Source: Candidatus Omnitrophota bacterium (GTDB lineage: Bacteria > Omnitrophota > Gorgyraeia > Gorgyraeales > Gorgyraeaceae). Taken from it: 64,000 nt of DNA. Position numbers and translations under genes: made by a program. Position 1 is the first letter of the stretch. Each line of letters begins with the position of its first letter. A model generated the notes under the pieces. The model was not told where the DNA came from. It was given only the letters and a program-made list of their open reading frames with translations, and did not search any database. Shown piece by piece: positions 39,919 to 48,063 of the stretch. Where the stretch lies: assembly GCA_018902915.1 (NCBI GenBank), contig JAHIPS010000106.1:5504-69503 (forward strand), read 5' to 3'.

Positions 39919-40051
39919 AGAGACGTCTACCAACTCAATCGGGAACCTGCCCTTTTTCCAAGAAGGAAGCTGTCTTTTACATCTACATCTTTAAAGACAC
40001 GTTCCCGAACAAACTCAAGACAGCTTCCCGAACAGATTGGTAGACGTCTCT
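39919..40051. mobile_element. 133-bp MITE-like / structured element with perfect 15-bp terminal inverted repeats
   Basis: AGAGACGTCTACCAA (39919-39933) and TTGGTAGACGTCTCT (40037-40051); no ORF; single copy in window. Confidence 0.55.
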
Positions 40052-40066
40052 CCTTGTTACTCCTTG

Positions 40067-43000
40067 TTATTCCTTTAATTCGTACCAGCGGCCTGGGCCG
40101 AGCGGGCCGTGGGCAGTCAAAAATCCTTTATCCAGCATCTCCTTTAAGTCCCTGGCCGCTGTTGGCACAGATACCTTAAAAAGCTCTGCGTATTCCTTGC
40201 GCGTAATCTTACCTGTCTTCTTTAAATGTTCCAATAATTGCTCCTGGCGACTGTTTAGTTTTGACACCACTGGCTTTTCAGGCACAGCAGGCGGCTCTGG
40301 CTCTGGCGGCGGCACTAACTTAATAACCTTTTTCTCTTTGACCTGTGGTTTTAAGATAGGTTCGACCTTTGGCGCAGTTGACACTGGTTTAATTACAGGC
40401 GCAACTTTTGCCCTTTCGCTGATAATCCCTGCAACAATCGTATAAACGCATGGAATAACAAAAAGCGTGAGCAAGGTTGAAACAACAAGTCCGCCCATAA
40501 CTGTTATTGCCATCGGACTCTGCAGGGCTGAACCTTCTGACAACCCCAGCGCCAATGGAAAAAGGCCCAGCACAGTAGTCATCGTGGTCATAAATATAGG
40601 CCTGAGCCTGGTTTTTCCTGATTCAATAACAGCTTCTACGAGCTCCACGCCTCTGGAGCGCATTCTATTTATAGAATCGATCAGTATGATGCCGTTATTT
40701 ACGACAATACCGCCGAGTATTATTACACCGAGCATGACCACGACACTTATAGGAGTATTTGTCAAAAACAATGCCAGAAACACGCCCATTAAAGAAAGCG
40801 GCACTGTAAACATGATGACAAAAGGCTGCCATAACGACTCAAACTGCGCAGCCATTATCATGTAGACCAGAAGTATTGATAGAAGAAGCGCGAATCTCAA
40901 AGAGTCAAAAGACTCTGCCATCTGCTGGCTCTCGCCTGATAGCGCTATATCGATATCTTTTTCCGCGTCACTCATATTCCTGGCGTTACCTATTATATTT
41001 TGCTCAACCCCCCTTATCATCGCTTCTACATCCATTATGACCTTGTTCAATGCCCTGTCTTTAATATTCGCTGTCACCAAAACCACTCTCTGCTGATCGA
41101 GCCTCCTTATCTCGGTCGGCCCTAACCCTTGCGCAATGTAAGCGACCTCGGAGAGCGGCACCTCTATATCAAGCGGCGAGTGAATAAGAATATTCCTGAT
41201 CTGCGAGAGTCGCGAGCGCCCCTCTTTTCTCAACCTGACCCTTATATCTATCTCCCTTCCTTCTTCCTTAAACCTGGTAGCCACCACTCCTTTTATAGCA
41301 GTATGAGCTGCCTGCGAAATCACGCCGCTCGAAAGATTATAAAGCGCTGCCTTGTCCTTGATGACATTCACCTTTGTTTCAGGCGAAGGCTGACTAAGAC
41401 TTGTCCGTATGCCGTAAATGCCCTTTATCTCGGAAAGCCTGTCTTTAATGTTTTTAGAAATGTCCTCTATCTTTTTCAGGTCCTTTCCTTTTATCTCAAG
41501 CACTATAGGGGCTGACCCCTGCATGGCAGTCTTAAAAACACTTTCCTGCAATATAAACTCTATGTTCGCGCCCTCTAAATTCATCCTGTCCAGCTTGACC
41601 TTTAGTCTCCCTACTACGCTGGAAGTCGAAGGCCATTTTCTTCCTTTTTTTAGACTCACTATGATCTGCGATTGATGCGAACTCATTGTCTCGAGCCCCT
41701 GGGCATAATCCTTTTTTTTGCTCGAACCTATGCTTACAGCTGCGCCCTCGACCTCTTTCATTTCAAAAAGCGCCTTCTCTATCTTTTCGACAACGCTGTT
41801 CGTGACATCCAGCTTTGTGCCGCTCTGCATGGTGACCTTCATAATAAATTCGCGCTGGTCTATCTTGGGCATAAATTCCTTGTCTATCAGGAAAAAAAGA
41901 CCCAGGCTCATAACAAAAATAACGAGCACGACTATCAGAAACGGCCATCTTAATTTCAATACCTTCGGGATTATCGCGGAATAAAGCGGACCTAATCCAA
42001 AAACAGAACTGGCGCTGGGGTTAGTTTGTGTTTTTTTCGTATGGCGCGTCCTTATCGCGGTCAGGCGCGGGATCAATGAAAGCGCTACTATAAGCGATGC
42101 CAAGAGCGAAAAAGTCACAGTAAAAGCCAGCTCCTTAAATAGCTGGCCTGCCACGCCGACCACAAATACCATTGGCAAAAATACCGCCACTGTGGTAAGC
42201 GTTGAAGAAAATATCGAGGCCGCGACCTCGCTCGCGCCGGCCTTACTGGCCTCTTTTATATCAATTTTTTTCTGCAGCTGATTGTAGATATTTTCAATGA
42301 CCACTATGGCATTATCCACGAGCATTCCTATGCCAAGGGCCAGACCTCCCAGCGAAAGCATGTTGAGAGTTATACCGTTGAAATACATCAAGCTGAACGC
42401 AACCATAATGGATATAGGCATGGAGCCCGCGACTATTAAAGACGCCTTTACATTCCTCAAAAAGACAAAAAGCACCAGGAACGCCAAAACTCCTCCCTGG
42501 ATCGCCGCGTCCATAACCCCGCGTATGGACTGTTTTATAAATATAGACTGGTCATAGATTATATTCGCGTCCATGCCGCCGGGCAGATCCCTTTTTATAA
42601 TATCCAGTCTCTCTCTTACCTTTTGCGCGATGCGTATAGTATTGGTGCCTGCCTGCTTCTGCACTGATATCGAGATGTTTTCCTTGCCATTATAACGGGA
42701 TATGCTCGTCCGCTCCTGAAAGGTGTCCTTTATCTGGGCAATATCCTTCAGATATATAAGGCGCGATTCTTTTGGGGTCGCTTGTCGCTGTTGTAAATTC
42801 GACGGCGTCTCTTCCTCTATCTTATCCTTTCCCACCACCGTCTCTCTTATCTCAGGCACTACCTTGAATTCGCCCATTGTCCTTATGAGATATTCATAAA
42901 AATGTTCTTCTATCGTGCCGGCAGGATAATTTAGATTGGAGGATTTTAATGCGTCAACGATCTTTGTTATGGAAATCTTGGAAGCGGCCAGCCTTCCTTC

Positions 43001-43564
43001 ATCCACTGCGACGAGTATCTCCCTTTCCAGGCCGCCGCTGACATTACAGGAAGCTACGCCTTCCACCTTTTCAAGCTCGTCCTTTATGAATTTTCTTGAA
43101 AGCCTTAAAAGCTCGGCAGGTGTTTTATTGCCTGTGATGCTAAGCGTAAGAACAGGGAGCTCGAAAGGATTAAATTTCATTACTATGGGGTCGGCGGACC
43201 CGAGGGGCAGCCTCTCCTTTATAAGGTCTATTTTCTCGCGCACGCCCAGCGACGCGAAATCCATATTGGCGCCCCAGCCGAATTCAGCAGTGACTATAGA
43301 AACGCCTTCCTTTGATATAGAGCTTATGCGCTTGAGGTTAGAGACTGTGCCGACCGCTTCTTCTACTATCTTTGTGATAAGCGTTTCTACTTCTTCAGGC
43401 GCGGCGTTTTCATAGGTTGTAACTATTGTGAGCTGCGGGTAGGTAATGGAGGGAAACAGTTCTTGCGGCAGGCGCGTCAGGGATATGAGGCCCAGCATCA
43501 ATATCCCTATAAAGAACATGGATGTTGTAACGGGCCGGTTTACTGAAAATTCCGGAAGTCTCAT
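40067..43564 (-). CDS. RND permease (AcrB/SwrC-like) with Pro-rich linker and C-terminal winged-helix domain
   Basis: SVNRPV, GMLVDNAIVV, RLRPIFMTT; tail LNSRQEQLLEHLKKTGKITRKEYAELFKVSVPTAARDLKEMLDKG...GRWY. Confidence 0.92.
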   Translation of the reverse strand: MRLPEFSVNRPVTTSMFFIGILMLGLISLTRLPQELFPSITYPQLTIVTTYENAAPEEVETLITKIVEEAVGTVSNLKRISSISKEGVSIVTAEFGWGANMDFASLGVREKIDLIKERLPLGSADPIVMKFNPFELPVLTLSITGNKTPAELLRLSRKFIKDELEKVEGVASCNVSGGLEREILVAVDEGRLAASKISITKIVDALKSSNLNYPAGTIEEHFYEYLIRTMGEFKVVPEIRETVVGKDKIEEETPSNLQQRQATPKESRLIYLKDIAQIKDTFQERTSISRYNGKENISISVQKQAGTNTIRIAQKVRERLDIIKRDLPGGMDANIIYDQSIFIKQSIRGVMDAAIQGGVLAFLVLFVFLRNVKASLIVAGSMPISIMVAFSLMYFNGITLNMLSLGGLALGIGMLVDNAIVVIENIYNQLQKKIDIKEASKAGASEVAASIFSSTLTTVAVFLPMVFVVGVAGQLFKELAFTVTFSLLASLIVALSLIPRLTAIRTRHTKKTQTNPSASSVFGLGPLYSAIIPKVLKLRWPFLIVVLVIFVMSLGLFFLIDKEFMPKIDQREFIMKVTMQSGTKLDVTNSVVEKIEKALFEMKEVEGAAVSIGSSKKKDYAQGLETMSSHQSQIIVSLKKGRKWPSTSSVVGRLKVKLDRMNLEGANIEFILQESVFKTAMQGSAPIVLEIKGKDLKKIEDISKNIKDRLSEIKGIYGIRTSLSQPSPETKVNVIKDKAALYNLSSGVISQAAHTAIKGVVATRFKEEGREIDIRVRLRKEGRSRLSQIRNILIHSPLDIEVPLSEVAYIAQGLGPTEIRRLDQQRVVLVTANIKDRALNKVIMDVEAMIRGVEQNIIGNARNMSDAEKDIDIALSGESQQMAESFDSLRFALLLSILLVYMIMAAQFESLWQPFVIMFTVPLSLMGVFLALFLTNTPISVVVMLGVIILGGIVVNNGIILIDSINRMRSRGVELVEAVIESGKTRLRPIFMTTMTTVLGLFPLALGLSEGSALQSPMAITVMGGLVVSTLLTLFVIPCVYTIVAGIISERAKVAPVIKPVSTAPKVEPILKPQVKEKKVIKLVPPPEPEPPAVPEKPVVSKLNSRQEQLLEHLKKTGKITRKEYAELFKVSVPTAARDLKEMLDKGFLTAHGPLGPGRWYELKE

Positions 43565-44784
43565 TCTTCTTCCTCGACACCACTCTCCTGTATCTCTATG
43601 ACATCGACGGGCAAACCGTCTTTGAGTTCCTGCGGCGTGTCTGTAACTACTATCTCACCTTCATAAAGACCGGAGGCAATCACAGTGTAATCAGTGGTAA
43701 CATAGGCAACCTCTACAGGCCTTGCGTGAACAGTATTGTTATCATCGATACTAAAAACAGTGTACTCGCCCTCTTCTTTATTCAAACTCATGCTCGGCAC
43801 GACTATCGCGTCCTCAAATTCAGCGACAGTAATCATGGCCCTTGCAAACATGCCAGGTAAAAGCATCGCGTTTTCATTCGCTATCCTCACTCTTACAGTA
43901 AGCGTCCTGGACTTGCCCTCGATTATCGGGAAGACATTGTTCACCGTGCCTGCAAACTTCATACCTGGATACGCATCCACTGTAACTTTAACAGCCTGGC
44001 CAAGCGCGATCTTATCGATATCTTTTTCTACAATACCCAATTCTACAAAGACATCCATGATATCGTATAGAGTAGCGACCTTGCCATTAGGCGTGACAAA
44101 TTCGCCCACCTCAGCATCCCTTGAACCCAGGACCCCATCGCGCGGGGCATAGAGATGTGTTTTATCGAGTTCCGCCTTTGCTGATTCAAGCTCAACCATA
44201 GCTGATTCAACCTGCAGTTCCGCGCCCCTGGCCTCCAGCTCCACCTCTTCTAATTTTGCCTTTATAATACCGCCTATCTCGTAAAGATTTTTGTGTATCT
44301 CGAGCTTTTTCTGCGCAGCAAGAGACTGTACCTTTGCAGACTCTAACTTGCTTTTAGAATAATCTACTTTTAGCTGCGCGTCCTTCTGGTTAAGCGCAGC
44401 TATTAAGTCTTTTTTATAAATAATATCGCCTTCTCTGAAATTCATGGATTCTATCGTGCCGTTTATCTCAAATTTAAGTTCTATCTCTAACGCGCCTTTT
44501 ACAGTGCCCATTACAGGTAGATCATCTTTGAAATCCATTAAACTTATCCTGTACGCGCGCACAGACACTGCTTCATTTCCCTGACCAGGGCCAGCTTCAC
44601 CAAACTCCGGCATACCTTCCATGCCCATGTCTCTTGCTGCCTGTCCTTTGTCTCTTGAAAGAAATCCTGGCAATTTCATCTTCCCAATCGGCATCTTCTT
44701 GGAAAGCGTAATGCCCCAGACTACAGCAAACCCCACTACCCACAACAGTATAAACCCTACCAATAATTTCTTTGATTTTTTCAT
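43561..44784 (-). CDS. RND periplasmic adaptor (MFP)
   Basis: N-terminal TM, FREGD, LYAPRDG, SRTLTVR, LLPGMFARA, GLYEGE. Confidence 0.92.
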   Translation of the reverse strand: MKKSKKLLVGFILLWVVGFAVVWGITLSKKMPIGKMKLPGFLSRDKGQAARDMGMEGMPEFGEAGPGQGNEAVSVRAYRISLMDFKDDLPVMGTVKGALEIELKFEINGTIESMNFREGDIIYKKDLIAALNQKDAQLKVDYSKSKLESAKVQSLAAQKKLEIHKNLYEIGGIIKAKLEEVELEARGAELQVESAMVELESAKAELDKTHLYAPRDGVLGSRDAEVGEFVTPNGKVATLYDIMDVFVELGIVEKDIDKIALGQAVKVTVDAYPGMKFAGTVNNVFPIIEGKSRTLTVRVRIANENAMLLPGMFARAMITVAEFEDAIVVPSMSLNKEEGEYTVFSIDDNNTVHARPVEVAYVTTDYTVIASGLYEGEIVVTDTPQELKDGLPVDVIEIQESGVEEEE

Positions 44785-44808
44785 ATCGTCATCCCTTATG
44801 TATTACGA

Positions 44809-44844
44809 TGTTCAAGGCCGATGTTCAAGGCTTAGCCTTGAACA
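44809..44844. repeat. Half unit plus full 23-bp palindromic REP-like unit at the tolC 3' end
   Basis: tgttcaaggc (44809-44818) and full unit 44822-44844. Confidence 0.9.
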
Positions 44845-46660
44845 TCGGTCTTGCGTTGGCGATTCTGAAGGTGTCGTTGTCTAAAAACAAGGTGTAGCCC
44901 GAGGCCTTGTTCAGCCTGGCCAGGGATTGATACAGGCTCCCCAGCGCCTCTATATAATATGACTTTTCATCAGTAAGTTCCATGTGCGCCTTTAATAATT
45001 CTGATGACGGTATCTCGTTTAACCCTGCGCGGGCCTTTGCGATCTTTAGCTCCTCTTCCTTGTGTCTTATCTTGTTAAAATTGGTCTTTGCCTGGATAAG
45101 GCCTTTTTTGTAATTCAGGTATGATTCTTTGACCTCTTTAAAAATAGCGTCTTTGGCGGCATCCAATTCCTGCATGGCCTTTTTCAATGCTATTGAAGCT
45201 GACTTCTTTTCAGAAAAACTCTGGAGATTATCAAGTATCCCTAATTCCAGGGATTTACTAACTGATTCTGTCCTGGAGCTCTGCCCATGCTTTTGGCTTG
45301 TCTCTTCTTTCGTATAAGAAGCTGCCAGCGTGTTCCCTCCCAGGGGCTTTGACACCTTTAACCCGACATACCAGTCTTTATCCATGTTTAAAGGCTCGAA
45401 TTCATATGCGCCGCCTGATTTACCATATGTGCCTGTAAGGTCTACCTTGAACTGGTCTTTGGACAGGGCGATCTTGCGCTCGTAGTCATTAAAATCCAGC
45501 ATGTGCTCTTTTATCTTTAGATCAGGCCTGTTCCTGTAAGCCAGCTCCACGCAATCCTCCAGTGAAATATCTATGTCCACTGGCATCAGCATATCCAGAG
45601 ATTCCAGGTCTGTATCGACATCCACCAGCCCCTCTATGTCCTTCACATTCATGGCCTGCGTCAGGACCAGTTTCGCGATCTCCATATCGTTCTCGCTGGA
45701 TAGGACCTGATAACTGATCTGCTTCATCTGGGACTCCACCTGCAAAAATTCAGCCTTTGTGCTCAACTCAAGGTCAAACCTCTTCTTCGCGCCCTCAAAG
45801 ACCCCTTTCACGTCTTTCAAAAGGGCCTCCTGCAATTTAACGTTTGCCTTTGTAGCCAGATACGAATAAAACGCTATTTCAACCTCCATCCTCAAATCCT
45901 GCTGGACCTTATCATAGTTATAAGTAGACGCCTTCATATTCGAGATCGCCTGTTCCACCGCATATTTCAAGCGCCAGCCATAATACAGCGGGTACTCGAA
46001 CTTCATCTTATACTCTTTGTCCGTAAAATCCTGGGTATAGGCAGTGGTCTTGCCTGTGGTCTCCATTATATTAAGGCTTGCCGCTGGATAAAGCCCCCTG
46101 CGCGCCTCTCTTATCTTGAGCCTTGAAAGGCTTATTTCCTCTTCCGCAATCCTTGACGCCATATCATTCTCCATCGCGATATCCACTGCATCATCTATGC
46201 CCACCCCAACAAAAAACTCAGGCTGGGGCATGTCCTCTTTAACGGATTTAGCTCCGCTTTCGGGAAACCATGGCTTAGTCTTTTCAAATATAATCGGGAC
46301 ATCTATCCAGCGATCTTCATCCCCTAATTCCTCAGGAAACGGCTGATACCTGTCATACACCCATACTGCCTTTAAGCAGATGTTGTCCAGCTCTTTACTT
46401 CCTGAAGATTCAGAGACTTTAGCGTCTTTTAATTCCCCCCATGGAGAAAGAAAAAGACTTAACCTCAGCTCGCCTCTTGAACCTGACAGCATAGAATCCA
46501 CAGGTCTTTCTATAGAGCCATATATATCATTTGATAGATTAATTATATACTGGGATATTACTTCTTCTTTAGGCAGATTCGAAAGTGATACGGTAGGGTT
46601 TGCTGCTGTAACTGCAGCAACTACAAAAAGATATAATAACATGATACGCTTGATACGCAT
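44825..46660 (-). CDS. TolC-family outer-membrane factor with N-terminal TonB C-terminal-like domain
   Basis: Signal peptide; GELRLSL..SPWGEL..KVSESSGSKELDNICLKAV...PFP; then OEP repeats (YPAAS, NRPDL, EVKESY). Confidence 0.85.
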   Translation of the reverse strand: MRIKRIMLLYLFVVAAVTAANPTVSLSNLPKEEVISQYIINLSNDIYGSIERPVDSMLSGSRGELRLSLFLSPWGELKDAKVSESSGSKELDNICLKAVWVYDRYQPFPEELGDEDRWIDVPIIFEKTKPWFPESGAKSVKEDMPQPEFFVGVGIDDAVDIAMENDMASRIAEEEISLSRLKIREARRGLYPAASLNIMETTGKTTAYTQDFTDKEYKMKFEYPLYYGWRLKYAVEQAISNMKASTYNYDKVQQDLRMEVEIAFYSYLATKANVKLQEALLKDVKGVFEGAKKRFDLELSTKAEFLQVESQMKQISYQVLSSENDMEIAKLVLTQAMNVKDIEGLVDVDTDLESLDMLMPVDIDISLEDCVELAYRNRPDLKIKEHMLDFNDYERKIALSKDQFKVDLTGTYGKSGGAYEFEPLNMDKDWYVGLKVSKPLGGNTLAASYTKEETSQKHGQSSRTESVSKSLELGILDNLQSFSEKKSASIALKKAMQELDAAKDAIFKEVKESYLNYKKGLIQAKTNFNKIRHKEEELKIAKARAGLNEIPSSELLKAHMELTDEKSYYIEALGSLYQSLARLNKASGYTLFLDNDTFRIANARPMFKAKP

Positions 46661-46740
46661 TTTTTCTCCTTGTAAGCGAGAAGTATATCATATTATTATT
46701 ATTTTGTCAATAGTAGGACCCGTGATACGGTCTTGATACG
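46586..46740. promoter_or_regulatory. Five direct repeats of TGATACG around the tolC promoter/start (candidate operator array)
   Basis: Copies at 46586, 46642, 46651, 46723, 46734 on the + strand. Confidence 0.6.
46682..46710 (-). promoter_or_regulatory. Sigma70 promoter of the tolC-MFP-RND operon
   Basis: Minus strand TTGACA-N17-TATACT with TG extended -10; AAGGAG RBS downstream. Confidence 0.82.
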
Positions 46741-46741
46741 G

Positions 46742-47980
46742 TTACGCCTTTATAAATACGTCCTTTATAACCACGCTTGCAGCGCCTAAAGCAGCAGAGT
46801 CTTTACCAAGATGCGCGGGTATTATCTTTACCGCATTAGCAGGCTCCTCAAATGCCCATTTCCTGACTGTCCTTCTCAATGGCTCCAGGAATAAACTGCC
46901 TGATTTCTCGATCCCGCCGCCTATTATAACTATCTCTGGGTTAAAAAGGTTTATTAGATACGCGACCCTCACGCCCATGTTAACAGCCGCGTCCTCTAAA
47001 AGCTCTATGGCAAGCGTGTCTCCGGATTTTGCCGATTCTATTATACCTTCAACTGTTATCTTATTGAGATCTTTTGCTGAAGACCCTGCTATGTTTGACT
47101 TAACGCTTTCTTCTTTTATAAGTTTCTTTGCCTGGCTTACCAATCCCAGGTCCAGTCCCAGTGGCAGTAAAAACGAAAGGTTTTTTGAAAGCCTTAGATA
47201 CTCTCCATTTCGCGGATAATTAATGCGGATCTCGCCTGCTGAGCCGCTCGCCCCGCAATAGATGCCGCCTTTTATTATAATACCACTACCTACGTCAGAA
47301 TACATATATACAACATCCTCTATGTCCATAGGGAGCGCGTACATCTTTTCTCCGAATGCTGCAAACGTTGCGTCATTTCCTAAAAACGATGGCATTCCAA
47401 ATCTCTGCTCGATCAAACCCTTTATGGATATATAACTCGTGCGTATCCCGTCCTTGGAGGAATCCCTCACTGTGCCAAGATTATCATCTATAACGCCTCC
47501 TACAGCTATACCGACACCCTTGACCCTATCCTTGCTAACGCCCTTTTTATTCATTAATTCTTCTATAAGGTCCAGGGATTTGTCGATGATCCTGTCCATA
47601 GAGTCTTTTTCTCTTGGCTTTTCAATCCTGGCGATTATCCTTCCTGAAAGGTCTGTAACTAATCCCACCATGGTAGCGCCCTGCGCGCCTGTGTGGCCAA
47701 GGTCAAGCCCCATAGCATGGCCATGGTCCTCCCTTAATTTTACAAGGGTCGGTTTTCTACCGCCAGAAGAGGCCTCCATGCCGCCTTCAGCAACCAGGCC
47801 CTCATTTATATAGGTATTTATATAATTAGAGACTGTCACTATATTAAGGTCTGTTATTTTTGAAATATCAGCCCTGGTAATAGGTCCGTTCCTGCGGACC
47901 AATTCCAGTATAGAAAAATTCTTTTTCTCGTGGTCTGACAATGAATGCGACTCAAAAAACCTGTTCTTCTTGATTGCCAT
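46742..47980 (-). CDS. ROK family transcriptional regulator
   Basis: HTH (ITRADIS...TVSNY), SSGGRKP, GLDLG, NDA, GSAGEI, NLFNPE; ATG 47980 with GGAGG RBS. Confidence 0.92.
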   Translation of the reverse strand: MAIKKNRFFESHSLSDHEKKNFSILELVRRNGPITRADISKITDLNIVTVSNYINTYINEGLVAEGGMEASSGGRKPTLVKLREDHGHAMGLDLGHTGAQGATMVGLVTDLSGRIIARIEKPREKDSMDRIIDKSLDLIEELMNKKGVSKDRVKGVGIAVGGVIDDNLGTVRDSSKDGIRTSYISIKGLIEQRFGMPSFLGNDATFAAFGEKMYALPMDIEDVVYMYSDVGSGIIIKGGIYCGASGSAGEIRINYPRNGEYLRLSKNLSFLLPLGLDLGLVSQAKKLIKEESVKSNIAGSSAKDLNKITVEGIIESAKSGDTLAIELLEDAAVNMGVRVAYLINLFNPEIVIIGGGIEKSGSLFLEPLRRTVRKWAFEEPANAVKIIPAHLGKDSAALGAASVVIKDVFIKA

Positions 47981-48004
47981 ATCTACCTCCCTGTTTTTCG
48001 CTCC

Positions 48005-48046
48005 CCTTATTTGACAAATCCGACACGTACGTTTTGTCAAATAAGG
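48005..48046. repeat. Perfect 14-bp inverted repeat upstream of the ROK gene
   Basis: CCTTATTTGACAAA-N14-TTTGTCAAATAAGG. Confidence 0.85.
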
Positions 48047-48063
48047 CTCGCGCGACTAAATTC

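Noticed and set aside
36738-43564. DN instead of DD in TM4 and N instead of K in TM10 as evidence of inactive pumps
   Set aside because: VDN and VNN variants are common in SwrC-like RND subfamilies; not diagnostic
47981-48040. Cys-containing N-terminal extension of ROK (MTKRTCRICQ...)
   Set aside because: Runs through the intergenic inverted repeat; ATG 47980 has a GGAGG RBS
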